This document shows positions 24,465 through 35,922 of a DNA stretch of 64,000 nucleotides, piece after piece. Every line of letters starts with the position of its first letter. Positions within the stretch are counted from its first letter, which is position 1. This stretch comes from Escherichia coli (GTDB lineage Bacteria; Pseudomonadota; Gammaproteobacteria; Enterobacterales; Enterobacteriaceae): assembly GCF_044324875.1 (NCBI RefSeq), contig NZ_CP172185.1. One strand, given 5' to 3'. Under the pieces are notes generated by a model. The model saw only the letters and a program-made list of their open reading frames with translations, did not search any database and was not told where the DNA came from. Position numbers and translations under genes: made by a program.

Positions 24465-25369
24465 TTTCCGCTTCGCTGCAACAACGTAAAACTCGCACCC
24501 GCCGCAGCATGTTGTTTGTGCCTGGTGCCAATGCCGCGATGGTCAGCAACTCCTTCATCTACCCGGCTGATGCCCTGATGTTTGACCTCGAAGACTCCGT
24601 GGCATTACGTGAAAAAGACACCGCCCGCCGCATGGTTTACCACGCGCTGCAACATCCGCTGTATCGCGATATTGAAACCATTGTGCGTGTAAACGCGCTG
24701 GATTCCGAATGGGGTGTTAACGACCTGGAAGCCGTCGTTCGCGGTGGTGCGGACGTTGTGCGTCTGCCGAAAACCGATACCGCTCAGGATGTTCTGGATA
24801 TCGAAAAAGAGATCCTGCGCATCGAAAAAGCCTGTGGTCGTGAACCCGGCAGCACCGGCCTGCTGGCAGCGATTGAATCTCCGCTGGGCATTACCCGCGC
24901 GGTGGAAATCGCTCACGCTTCCGAGCGTTTGATCGGTATCGCCCTCGGAGCAGAAGACTATGTGCGCAACCTGCGTACAGAACGCTCCCCGGAAGGAACA
25001 GAACTGCTGTTCGCACGCTGCTCCATTTTGCAGGCCGCGCGCTCTGCGGGTATTCAGGCGTTCGATACCGTCTATTCCGACGCTAACAACGAAGCCGGAT
25101 TCCTGCAAGAAGCCGCCCACATCAAACAGCTGGGCTTTGACGGCAAATCGCTGATCAACCCGCGTCAGATTGATCTGCTGCACAACCTCTACGCACCGAC
25201 CCAGAAAGAAGTGGATCACGCCCGCCGCGTCGTAGAAGCCGCTGAGGCCGCCGCTCGCGAAGGCCTCGGCGTGGTTTCCCTGAACGGCAAGATGGTGGAC
25301 GGTCCGGTTATCGATCGCGCCCGTCTGGTGCTCTCCCGCGCAGAACTTTCCGGCATCCGCGAAGAATAA
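24461..25369 (+). CDS. citE: citrate lyase beta subunit (citryl-CoA lyase)
   Basis: ORF trimmed to MISASLQQ start (302 aa); ATGA overlap with citD. Confidence 0.9.
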
Positions 25370-25379
25370 GGCAATCAAA

Positions 25380-26912
25380 ATGACGCAGAAAATTGAACAA
25401 TCTCAACGACAAGAACGGGTAGCGGCCTGGAATCGTCGCGCTGAATGCGATCTTGCCACTTTCCAGAACTCACCAAAGCAAACCTACCAGGCTGAAAAAG
25501 CGCGCGATCGCAAACTGTGCGCCAACCTGGAAGAAGCGATTCGTCGCTCTGGTTTACAGGACGGCATGACGGTTTCCTTCCATCACGCTTTCCGTGGCGG
25601 TGACCTGACCGTCAATATGGTGATGGACGTCATCGCGAAGATGGGCTTTAAAAACCTGACTCTGGCCTCCAGCTCCCTGAGTGATTGCCATGCGCCGCTG
25701 GTAGAACACATTCGCCAGGGCGTGGTTACCCGCATTTATACCTCTGGCCTGCGCGGTCCACTGGCGGAAGAAATCTCCCGCGGTCTGCTGGCGGAACCGG
25801 TGCAAATCCACTCTCACGGCGGACGTGTGCATCTGGTACAGAGCGGCGAACTGAATATTGATGTGGCTTTCCTCGGCGTCCCATCCTGTGATGAATTCGG
25901 TAATGCCAACGGCTACACCGGTAAAGCCTGCTGCGGCTCCCTCGGCTATGCAATGGTTGATGCCGACAACGCGAAACAGGTTGTGATGCTCACTGAAGAA
26001 CTGCTGCCTTATCCGCATAATCCGGCAAGCATTGAGCAAGATCAGGTTGATCTGATCGTCAAAGTTGATCGCGTTGGCGATGCCGCGAAAATCGGCGCTG
26101 GCGCGACCCGTATGACCACTAACCCGCGCGAACTGCTTATTGCCCGTAGCGCTGCGGATGTGATTGTCAACTCAGGCTACTTTAAAGAAGGTTTCTCCAT
26201 GCAGACCGGCACCGGCGGCGCATCGCTGGCGGTAACCCGTTTCCTGGAAGACAAAATGCGTAGCCGCGATATTCGCGCCGACTTCGCCCTTGGCGGTATT
26301 ACCGCAACGATGGTTGATCTGCACGAAAAAGGGCTGATCCGCAAACTGCTGGATGTACAGAGCTTTGACAGCCACGCTGCACAATCGCTGGCCCGTAACC
26401 CCAATCACATCGAAATCAGCGCCAACCAGTACGCTAACTGGGGTTCAAAAGGCGCATCGGTTGATCGTCTCGACGTGGTGGTACTGAGCGCGCTGGAAAT
26501 TGACACCCAGTTCAACGTTAACGTGCTGACCGGCTCTGACGGCGTACTGCGTGGTGCTTCCGGTGGTCACTGCGATACCGCGATTGCCTCTGCGCTTTCC
26601 ATCATCGTCGCGCCGCTGGTACGCGGTCGTATTCCGACTCTGGTGGATAACGTGCTGACCTGCATCACCCCGGGCTCCAGTGTCGATATTCTGGTCACTG
26701 ACCACGGTATCGCAGTTAACCCGGCACGTCCGGAGCTGGCAGAACGTCTGCAGGAAGCGGGCATTAAAGTGGTTTCCATTGAGTGGCTGCGTGAACGTGC
26801 GCGTCTGCTGACCGGTGAACCACAGCCGATTGAATTCACCGACCGCGTCGTTGCCGTTGTGCGTTACCGCGATGGCTCGGTGATCGATGTTGTGCATCAG
26901 GTGAAGGAATAA
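25380..26912 (+). CDS. citF: citrate lyase alpha subunit (citrate CoA-transferase)
   Basis: 510 aa matching remembered CitF. Confidence 0.92.
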   Translation: MTQKIEQSQRQERVAAWNRRAECDLATFQNSPKQTYQAEKARDRKLCANLEEAIRRSGLQDGMTVSFHHAFRGGDLTVNMVMDVIAKMGFKNLTLASSSLSDCHAPLVEHIRQGVVTRIYTSGLRGPLAEEISRGLLAEPVQIHSHGGRVHLVQSGELNIDVAFLGVPSCDEFGNANGYTGKACCGSLGYAMVDADNAKQVVMLTEELLPYPHNPASIEQDQVDLIVKVDRVGDAAKIGAGATRMTTNPRELLIARSAADVIVNSGYFKEGFSMQTGTGGASLAVTRFLEDKMRSRDIRADFALGGITATMVDLHEKGLIRKLLDVQSFDSHAAQSLARNPNHIEISANQYANWGSKGASVDRLDVVVLSALEIDTQFNVNVLTGSDGVLRGASGGHCDTAIASALSIIVAPLVRGRIPTLVDNVLTCITPGSSVDILVTDHGIAVNPARPELAERLQEAGIKVVSIEWLRERARLLTGEPQPIEFTDRVVAVVRYRDGSVIDVVHQVKE

Positions 26913-26915
26913 GCC

Positions 26916-28320
<1,405 letters not shown>

Positions 28321-28369
28321 TAATTTAAGCACTTGATAAAATTGGAATATTAATTGTCGGAGAACCCGT

Positions 28370-29833
28370 ATGTCTTTAGCAAAAGATAATATATGGAAAT
28401 TATTGGCGCCCCTGGTGGTGATGGGTGTCATGTTTCTTATCCCTGTACCTGACGGTATGCCGCCGCAGGCGTGGCATTACTTTGCAGTGTTTGTGGCAAT
28501 GATTGTCGGCATGATCCTCGAGCCAATTCCGGCAACGGCGATCAGTTTTATTGCGGTTACTATTTGCGTTATTGGCAGTAATTACCTGCTCTTTGATGCC
28601 AAAGAATTAGCTGACCCAGCGTTTAATGCGCAAAAACAGGCGCTGAAATGGGGTCTGGCTGGTTTTTCCAGCACCACGGTATGGCTGGTATTTGGCGCAT
28701 TTATTTTTGCATTAGGGTATGAAGTTTCCGGGTTAGGTCGTCGCATTGCCCTTTTCCTGGTGAAATTCATGGGCAAACGCACGCTGACGTTGGGTTATGC
28801 GATTGTCATTATCGACATTCTGCTGGCACCGTTTACACCGTCCAACACCGCGCGTACCGGGGGTACGGTTTTTCCGGTCATTAAAAACCTGCCGCCGCTG
28901 TTTAAATCATTCCCGAACGATCCGTCCGCGCGTCGTATTGGCGGCTATTTGATGTGGATGATGGTCATTAGTACCAGTCTGAGTTCGTCCATGTTTGTCA
29001 CCGGTGCGGCACCAAACGTACTGGGTCTGGAGTTCGTCAGCAAAATTGCCGGTATCCAGATTAGCTGGTTGCAGTGGTTCCTCTGCTTCCTGCCGGTTGG
29101 GGTTATCTTGCTTATCATTGCGCCGTGGCTTTCCTACGTGCTGTACAAACCGGAAATCACACACAGTGAAGAAGTGGCAACCTGGGCGGGTGATGAACTA
29201 AAAACCATGGGTGCGCTGACACGCAGAGAGTGGACGCTGATTGGTCTTGTATTGCTCAGCTTAGGTTTGTGGGTATTTGGCAGTGAAGTCATTAATGCTA
29301 CTGCGGTAGGTCTGCTGGCAGTTTCGCTGATGCTGGCGCTGCACGTTGTGCCGTGGAAAGACATTACTCGCTATAACAGCGCATGGAACACGCTGGTCAA
29401 CCTGGCAACGCTGGTTGTTATGGCGAATGGCCTGACCCGTTCTGGCTTTATCGACTGGTTCGCCAACACGATGAGTACACACCTGGAAGGCTTCTCACCA
29501 AACGCAACGGTGATTGTACTGGTTCTGGTGTTCTACTTTGCGCACTACCTGTTTGCCAGCCTGTCTGCGCACACCGCAACCATGCTGCCGGTTATTCTGG
29601 CCGTCGGTAAAGGTATTCCGGGCGTACCAATGGAACAACTGTGTATCCTGCTGGTGCTGTCTATCGGTATCATGGGCTGTCTGACGCCGTATGCAACCGG
29701 TCCTGGGGTGATTATTTACGGCTGTGGCTATGTGAAATCAAAAGATTACTGGCGACTTGGTGCAATCTTCGGGGTGATTTACATCTCTATGCTGCTGTTG
29801 GTTGGCTGGCCGATTCTCGCCATGTGGAACTAA
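28370..29833 (+). CDS. citT: citrate:succinate antiporter
   Basis: 487 aa polytopic membrane protein of the DASS family, directly after citG. Confidence 0.9.
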   Translation: MSLAKDNIWKLLAPLVVMGVMFLIPVPDGMPPQAWHYFAVFVAMIVGMILEPIPATAISFIAVTICVIGSNYLLFDAKELADPAFNAQKQALKWGLAGFSSTTVWLVFGAFIFALGYEVSGLGRRIALFLVKFMGKRTLTLGYAIVIIDILLAPFTPSNTARTGGTVFPVIKNLPPLFKSFPNDPSARRIGGYLMWMMVISTSLSSSMFVTGAAPNVLGLEFVSKIAGIQISWLQWFLCFLPVGVILLIIAPWLSYVLYKPEITHSEEVATWAGDELKTMGALTRREWTLIGLVLLSLGLWVFGSEVINATAVGLLAVSLMLALHVVPWKDITRYNSAWNTLVNLATLVVMANGLTRSGFIDWFANTMSTHLEGFSPNATVIVLVLVFYFAHYLFASLSAHTATMLPVILAVGKGIPGVPMEQLCILLVLSIGIMGCLTPYATGPGVIIYGCGYVKSKDYWRLGAIFGVIYISMLLLVGWPILAMWN

Positions 29834-29864
29834 TACGTTCGCCAAACGCTGAATAAATCATCAC

Positions 29865-29898
29865 GCCCGCCAGGTAAGCCCACCTGGCGGGCTTTTTT
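29865..29898 (+). terminator. rho-independent terminator of the cit operon
   Basis: GCCCGCCAGGT-AAGCCC-ACCTGGCGGGC followed by TTTTTTAT. Confidence 0.8.
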
Positions 29899-29946
29899 AT
29901 GATTTAATAGATAGTATTCAGTGTATGTATGAGTTCCACACCCATT

Positions 29947-30753
29947 ATGAAAGCATTCTGGCGTAACGCCGCGTTGCTCGCGGTTTCTCTGCTTCCCTTC
30001 TCTTCTGCCAACGCCGTGGCGTTGCAGGCAAAACAGTATGGCGATTTTGATCGCTATGTCCTGGCCCTCTCCTGGCAAACCGGATTTTGCCAGAGTCAAC
30101 ACGATCGAAATCGTAACGAACGAGATGAATGTCGCCTGCAAACCGAAACGACCAACAAAGCTGATTTTCTGACCGTACATGGTCTGTGGCCAGGATTGCC
30201 TAAATCGGTTGCTGCCCGTGGTGTTGATGAACGCCGCTGGATGCGCTTCGGTTGCGCTACCCGCCCAATCCCGAATCTACCAGAAGCGCGCGCCAGCCGA
30301 ATGTGTTCATCGCCGGAAACTGGGTTATCGCTGGAAACGGCAGCTAAACTAAGTGAAGTCATGCCAGGAGCTGGCGGACGTTCCTGCCTGGAACGCTACG
30401 AATATGCCAAACACGGTGCCTGCTTTGGTTTTGATCCAGACGCATACTTCGGCACGATGGTACGCCTGAATCAAGAAATTAAAGAGAGCGAAGCCGGAAA
30501 ATTCCTTGCGGATAATTACGGTAAAACAGTGAGCCGCCGTGACTTTGACGCCGCCTTTGCCAAAAGCTGGGGAAAAGAGAACGTGAAAGCAGTTAAGCTA
30601 ACGTGCCAGGGTAACCCTGCGTATTTGACTGAAATTCAGATCTCGATCAAAGCTGACGCCATCAACGCTCCGCTTTCTGCCAACTCATTCTTGCCACAAC
30701 CACACCCAGGCAACTGTGGCAAAACCTTTGTGATTGATAAAGCAGGTTATTAA
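29947..30753 (+). CDS. rna: periplasmic ribonuclease I (RNase T2 family)
   Basis: ORF trimmed to MKAFWRNAALLA start (268 aa); signal peptide; RNase T2 CAS motifs (FLTVHGLWP, YAKHGACF). Confidence 0.9.
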   Translation: MKAFWRNAALLAVSLLPFSSANAVALQAKQYGDFDRYVLALSWQTGFCQSQHDRNRNERDECRLQTETTNKADFLTVHGLWPGLPKSVAARGVDERRWMRFGCATRPIPNLPEARASRMCSSPETGLSLETAAKLSEVMPGAGGRSCLERYEYAKHGACFGFDPDAYFGTMVRLNQEIKESEAGKFLADNYGKTVSRRDFDAAFAKSWGKENVKAVKLTCQGNPAYLTEIQISIKADAINAPLSANSFLPQPHPGNCGKTFVIDKAGY

Positions 30754-30900
30754 TCCTCTGATTTACAAAACACGCTAATTCGTCTTCCATAAACCATGAC
30801 GATTAAGATTTATACATAATGCACTGCATTGAGGAATTCCCTGAATGTGACGCAAATCACTTCAAAGAGTGAGCAACAGTCAGTATCATCATGTGAGTTA

Positions 30901-30935
30901 AACCCTCGCCGCCTGACGGTGAGGGTTTTCTTTTG
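30901..30935 (+). terminator. terminator hairpin downstream of rna
   Basis: AACCCTC-N13-GAGGGTT followed by TTCTTTTGGG. Confidence 0.6.
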
Positions 30936-30982
30936 GGTATGTTTATCTGCGACACTCGCAGTACCGACGACATGGAGTAAAA

Positions 30983-31393
30983 ATGTCCAGACCAACTATC
31001 ATCATTAACGACCTGGATGCCGAACGCATCGATATTCTGCTGGAGCAACCCGCCTATGCTGGTTTGCCAATCGCCGACGCGTTAAACGCAGAGTTGGATC
31101 GCGCCCAAATGTGTTCGCCAGAAGAGATGCCACACGACGTGGTGACAATGAACAGCCGGGTTAAATTCCGCAATCTTAGCGATGGCGAAGTGCGTGTGCG
31201 CACGCTGGTGTATCCGGCAAAAATGACCGACAGCAATACTCAGCTTTCCGTTATGGCTCCGGTAGGTGCCGCACTGCTGGGGCTGCGCGTTGGCGATTCC
31301 ATTCACTGGGAACTTCCGGGCGGCGTTGCAACCCACCTTGAAGTGCTGGAACTCGAATACCAGCCAGAAGCTGCTGGCGACTACCTGCTTTAA
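30983..31393 (+). CDS. rnk: regulator of nucleoside diphosphate kinase Rnk (GreA/GreB-like)
   Basis: 136 aa matching remembered Rnk. Confidence 0.88.
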
Positions 31394-31425
31394 TCCCATC
31401 TGCACAAGCGATAACTCGCTTTGCC

Positions 31426-31449
31426 CAGAGGATGCACTCGCATCCTCTT
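31426..31449 (+). terminator. hairpin downstream of rnk
   Basis: AGAGGATGC-ACTC-GCATCCTCT followed by a weak T tract. Confidence 0.5.
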
Positions 31450-31535
31450 TCCGCTCAAATATCAACCAGATTTATCATTTTGCTCTTAAGCGCAGCATTC
31501 TAATCTGAACTGGTTATTCATCTGCGGAACCTCAT

Positions 31536-31625
31536 ATGAGCGAAGCTCTCGGTATCACTGCATTTTATATATTCATAGCCGCAATTATTGTTGCTGCAGT
31601 GCTATACCTTGAACAACGCTGGTAG
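31536..31625 (+). CDS. candidate 29-codon micro-ORF encoding a single-TM peptide (hypothetical)
   Basis: ATG...TAG, MSEALGITAFYIFIAAIIVAAVLYLEQRW; GGAA about 8 nt upstream; hydrophobic core of about 19 residues; below the 60-aa cutoff of the supplied ORF track. Confidence 0.2.
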   Translation: MSEALGITAFYIFIAAIIVAAVLYLEQRW

Positions 31626-31748
31626 CGCCTGGTTTTATTTATTTTCCAGCTCAATAGCAAATTCAGATCAAATCAGCCTCGCAAATCATAGATTCATAAC
31701 CAATAATGTGCTGTTATGTATACATGCAAAAACAAGGAGAGAATGCTT

Positions 31749-32177
31749 ATGTACAAAACAATCATCATGCCAGTGGATGTTTTCGAAATGGAATTGAGCG
31801 ACAAAGCGGTTCGCCACGCTGAATTCCTCGCCCAGGATGACGGAGTTATTCATCTACTTCACGTACTACCGGGGTCAGCCAGCCTGAGCCTGCACCGTTT
31901 TGCCGCTGATGTACGTCGTTTTGAAGAGCATCTGCAACATGAAGCAGAAGAACGTTTGCAAACGATGGTCAGCCACTTCACCATCGATCCTTCCCGCATT
32001 AAGCAACATGTCCGTTTTGGTAGTGTGCGGGATGAAGTTAACGAGTTAGCGAAAGAACTTGATGCAGATGTAGTAGTGATTGGTTCGCGTAACCCATCAA
32101 TTTCAACTCATCTGTTGGGTTCTAACGCCTCGAGCGTGATCCGCCACGCCAATTTGCCGGTGCTGGTTGTGCGTTAA
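31749..32177 (+). CDS. uspG: universal stress protein G
   Basis: ORF trimmed to [10 protein letters not shown] start (142 aa), preceded by AGGAG RBS; Usp-fold C-terminus (VVIGSRN...). Confidence 0.88.
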   Translation: MYKTIIMPVDVFEMELSDKAVRHAEFLAQDDGVIHLLHVLPGSASLSLHRFAADVRRFEEHLQHEAEERLQTMVSHFTIDPSRIKQHVRFGSVRDEVNELAKELDADVVVIGSRNPSISTHLLGSNASSVIRHANLPVLVVR

Positions 32178-32196
32178 TTGCCAGAATAAGTATCCC

Positions 32197-32229
32197 GCCC
32201 TGCCCGGAGCCATCCCGGTGGGGCTTTTT
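32197..32229 (+). terminator. terminator hairpin downstream of uspG
   Basis: GCCCTGCC...GGTGGGGC stem (two G-U pairs) followed by TTTTTA. Confidence 0.5.
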
Positions 32230-32235
32230 ATTGCC

Positions 32236-32267
32236 ACAAAAAAGCCGCCAGGTTTGACCCCGGCGGC
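32236..32267 (-). terminator. rho-independent terminator of ahpF
   Basis: minus strand reads GCCGCC-GGGGTCAAACCT-GGCGGC followed by TTTTTTGT. Confidence 0.7.
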
Positions 32268-32297
32268 TAAGCAATTGCAGGTGAATCTTACTTCTTC

Positions 32298-33863
32298 TTA
32301 TGCAGTTTTGGTGCGAATCAGGTAGTCAAAAGCACTCAGAGAGGCTTTGGCACCTTCGCCAGTGGCGATGATGATCTGCTTGTACGGAACCGTCGTACAG
32401 TCACCCGCTGCGAACACGCCTTTCACGTTGGTTTCGCATTTCGCATCAATGATAATCTCGCCCATGCGGTTACGTTCGACTGCGCCTTCGAGCCAGTTGG
32501 TGTTCGGCAGCAGACCAATCTGCACGAAAATACCGGCCAGTTCGATGTTGTGAATATCGCCGCTGACACGATCGCGATATTCCAGACCAACGACTTTGCT
32601 GCCGTCGCCTTTCACTTCCGTGGTTTGCGCATTCAGAATAATTTCGACGTTTTTCAGGCTGCGCAGTTTGTCCTGCAGAACCTGGTCGGCTTTCATTTCT
32701 GGCGCAAATTCCAGCAGCGTTACGTGCTCAACGATACCCGCCAGGTCAATTGCCGCTTCCACGCCGGAGTTACCGCCGCCGATAACCGCTACGCGTTTAC
32801 CTTTAAACAGCGGGCCGTCGCAGTGCGGGCAGTAGGTCACGCCTTTGGTGCGATACTGATCTTCGCCCGGAACGTTCATGTTGCGCCATTTTGCACCGGT
32901 CGCCACGATAATGCTGCGTGCTTTCAGTACCGCGCCAGAAGCTGTTTCAATCTGATGCAGGCCACCTTCAACCGCTGCCGGGATCAGTTTGCTGGCGCTC
33001 TGGCTGTCGATCACATCAACGTCGTATTCATCAACGTGAACTTTCAGCGCACCTGCCAGTTTCTGGCCTTCGGTCTTCGGTACAGAAATGTAGTTTTCGA
33101 TATCAACGGTATCGAGGATCTGACCACCAAAACGTTCGCCCATCAGACCGGTACGGATGCCTTTACGTGCGGAGTAAATTGCTGCCGCTGCACCCGCCGG
33201 GCCGGAACCGACGATTAATACGTCATAAGCATCACGCTTGTTCAGCTCTTCTGCCGCACGTTTTTCCGCGCCAGTATCAATTTTGGCGACGATTTCAGTC
33301 AACGTCATGCGACCCTGACCAAACTCTTTCCCGTTTACGAACACTGCCGGAACGCCCATCACGTTGCGATCGGTGATTTCGTTCTGGAAGGTGCCGCCGT
33401 CAATTGCAGTGTGCTTGATGCGCGGGTTCAGTACGCTCATCAGGTTCAGCGCCTGCACCACGTCCGGGCAGTTGTGGCAAGAGAGCGAGTAATAGGTTTC
33501 GAATTCAAAATCACCGTCAATATGGCGAATCTGCTCCAGCAGAGACTGCGCTTCTTTCGACGGATGACCACCGGTCCACAACAACGCCAGTACCAGCGAG
33601 GTAAACTCGTGGCCCAGCGGGGAACCTGCAAAACGTGGCCCCTGGTTAGAACCTGGGTTAGTGATCAGGAAAGACGGCTTACGCACCGGCAAGCTGTTAT
33701 CTTCTTTAAAGGTGACTTTGTCTGACAGTTCTGCGATTTCAGCCAACAGTTCCTTGATTTCTGCCGATTTAGCGCTGTCATCCAGCGTGGCAATTAACTC
33801 AACAGGCTTGGTCAATTTCTCAAGGTAAGCCTTGAGTTGAGTTTTCATATTTGTGTCGAGCAT
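32298..33863 (-). CDS. ahpF: alkyl hydroperoxide reductase subunit F
   Basis: ORF trimmed to MLDTNMKTQ start (521 aa); two redox CxxC centres (CHNCPD, CPHCDG); FAD/NAD GxGxxG motifs. Confidence 0.95.
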   Translation of the reverse strand: MLDTNMKTQLKAYLEKLTKPVELIATLDDSAKSAEIKELLAEIAELSDKVTFKEDNSLPVRKPSFLITNPGSNQGPRFAGSPLGHEFTSLVLALLWTGGHPSKEAQSLLEQIRHIDGDFEFETYYSLSCHNCPDVVQALNLMSVLNPRIKHTAIDGGTFQNEITDRNVMGVPAVFVNGKEFGQGRMTLTEIVAKIDTGAEKRAAEELNKRDAYDVLIVGSGPAGAAAAIYSARKGIRTGLMGERFGGQILDTVDIENYISVPKTEGQKLAGALKVHVDEYDVDVIDSQSASKLIPAAVEGGLHQIETASGAVLKARSIIVATGAKWRNMNVPGEDQYRTKGVTYCPHCDGPLFKGKRVAVIGGGNSGVEAAIDLAGIVEHVTLLEFAPEMKADQVLQDKLRSLKNVEIILNAQTTEVKGDGSKVVGLEYRDRVSGDIHNIELAGIFVQIGLLPNTNWLEGAVERNRMGEIIIDAKCETNVKGVFAAGDCTTVPYKQIIIATGEGAKASLSAFDYLIRTKTA

Positions 33864-33885
33864 GTTTATCTCCTGGGCTTTAAAC

Positions 33886-33969
33886 ATCATCATGCAAGCG
33901 GCCTCTGCGGCTACCTGGATGCAGCTTGCATCATGGTGCGGGGAAGAAAATCGGGTGCCGCAGCACCCG
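33886..33969 (-). other. nested hairpins in the ahpC-ahpF spacer (candidate partial terminator/processing structure)
   Basis: 12-bp inverted repeat CATCATGCAAGC...GCTTGCATCATG (33886..33936) and CGGGTGC-CGCA-GCACCCG (33952..33969). Confidence 0.4.
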
Positions 33970-34033
33970 AAGAATTAGGTGAATTTCCGAAGTATTTCGC
34001 GCCGGAGTTGGTAGCGCGAAAGACGAAGGAAAT

Positions 34034-34597
34034 TTAGATTTTACCAACCAGGTCCAGAGACGGAGCCAGAGTTACTTCACCTTCTTTCCATTTAGCCGGG
34101 CAAACTTCACCTGGGTGAGAAGCTACGTACTGTGCTGCTTTGATTTTACGCAGCAGGTCAGACGCGTCACGGCCAATGCCTTCAGCGGTAACTTCGATTG
34201 CCTGGATGATACCCTGCGGGTCAACAACGAAGGTCGCACGGTCAGCCAGACCTTCATCTTCACGCATGTTGTCGAAGTTACGGGTCAGGGCGCCAGTCGG
34301 GTCGCCGATCATCGCATATTTGATTTTAGCGATGGTTTCAGAGCTGCTGTGCCATGCTTTGTGGGTGAAGTGAGTATCGGTAGATACTGCGTATACGTCT
34401 ACGCCCAGTTTCTGCAGTTCTTCGTAGTGGTCAGCAACGTCACCCAGTTCGGTCGGGCATACGAAAGTAAAGTCAGCCGGGTAGAAGAAGAAGACGCTCC
34501 AGCGGCCTTCGGTATCTTTTTCGGTGATTTCGATGAATTCGCCGTTTTTGAATGCCTGGTTTTTAAAAGGTTTAATTTTGGTGTTAATCAAGGACAT
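34034..34597 (-). CDS. ahpC: alkyl hydroperoxide reductase subunit C (peroxiredoxin)
   Basis: 187 aa; peroxidatic Cys motif FTFVCPTE and resolving Cys near the C-terminus. Confidence 0.95.
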   Translation of the reverse strand: MSLINTKIKPFKNQAFKNGEFIEITEKDTEGRWSVFFFYPADFTFVCPTELGDVADHYEELQKLGVDVYAVSTDTHFTHKAWHSSSETIAKIKYAMIGDPTGALTRNFDNMREDEGLADRATFVVDPQGIIQAIEVTAEGIGRDASDLLRKIKAAQYVASHPGEVCPAKWKEGEVTLAPSLDLVGKI

Positions 34598-34968
34598 CTA
34601 TACTTCCTCCGTGTTTTCGATGAGATGTAAGGTAACCAATTTTTGCCGATTCGGCTAATGCGTTTCCATTATCAAATCGATAAGTTTTACCTTACAACCT
34701 TCGTAAGACAACTTTGTGAACTTTGCACCGCCAGCGGCGATAAAAAGTAAAATGGCCCCCTTTCCAGGTGACCGTGTAATCTGAACTACCCTTTGGTATC
34801 TTCAGCGCCTGCCTGCAGGCTGAGGTGTTGCCCTTACAAATGCAACAACGACATGGATTACAACACCCTCATAAACAAAGGGCAATCACCTGATCTAAGC
34901 TCTTACCTATGACAGTGATAGGTTATGCCTTTTACCCGACTTTTGCACTGACTGAAAAGGACAAATTA

Positions 34969-35715
34969 ATGTTAAAAAAGATACTTTTACTGGCTCTGCT
35001 TCCTGCAATCGCCTTCGCAGAGGAACTTCCTGATCCAGTAAAAGCGATTGAAAAACAGGGTATTACGATCATCAAAACGTTCGATGCCCCCGGAGGAATG
35101 AAAGGTTATCTCGGAAAGTATCAGGATATGGGCGTCACCATCTACCTGACTCCAGATGGTAAGCACGCTATCTCTGGTTACATGTACAACGAGAAAGGTG
35201 AAAACCTGAGTAACACACTTATCGAAAAAGAAATTTACGCACCAGCCGGACGCGAAATGTGGCAACGGATGGAACAATCCCACTGGCTCCTCGACGGTAA
35301 AAAAGACGCGCCGGTCATTGTTTACGTCTTCGCCGATCCGTTCTGCCCGTATTGTAAACAGTTCTGGCAGCAGGCGCGCCCGTGGGTAGATTCTGGCAAA
35401 GTGCAATTAAGAACATTGTTGGTTGGGGTTATCAAGCCAGAAAGCCCGGCGACAGCAGCGGCAATTCTTGCCTCCAAAGATCCCGCAAAAACCTGGCAAG
35501 AATATGAAGCCTCTGGTGGCAAGCTTAAGCTAAACGTGCCTGCAAACGTAAGTACAGAGCAAATGAAAGTGTTAAGCGACAACGAGAAACTGATGGACGA
35601 TCTGGGGGCAAATGTCACACCAGCTATCTATTACATGAGTAAGGAAAATACTCTGCAACAGGCCGTGGGGTTGCCCGATCAGAAAACGCTTAATATCATT
35701 ATGGGGAATAAATAA
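34969..35715 (+). CDS. dsbG: periplasmic thiol:disulfide interchange protein DsbG
   Basis: ORF trimmed to [11 protein letters not shown] start (248 aa); signal peptide; thioredoxin-fold CPYC motif; divergent from ahpC. Confidence 0.9.
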   Translation: MLKKILLLALLPAIAFAEELPDPVKAIEKQGITIIKTFDAPGGMKGYLGKYQDMGVTIYLTPDGKHAISGYMYNEKGENLSNTLIEKEIYAPAGREMWQRMEQSHWLLDGKKDAPVIVYVFADPFCPYCKQFWQQARPWVDSGKVQLRTLLVGVIKPESPATAAAILASKDPAKTWQEYEASGGKLKLNVPANVSTEQMKVLSDNEKLMDDLGANVTPAIYYMSKENTLQQAVGLPDQKTLNIIMGNK

Positions 35716-35922
35716 AATATAATTCATGGATGGTTGAAATATATCCCTGCTTTTCAACCATCCTAAAAAAGCATGAATTGCTCGCTCTACCCTAAGTGGC
35801 TGTGCTATTTTAGAAAAACTTAATCCTGAGTTAAGCAAAAAAACATAATACAAATAAATACAACAGCAACATTATTGATCAAGTGAATGATTTATAGAAG
35901 AGATAATATAACGGAGTATGTT

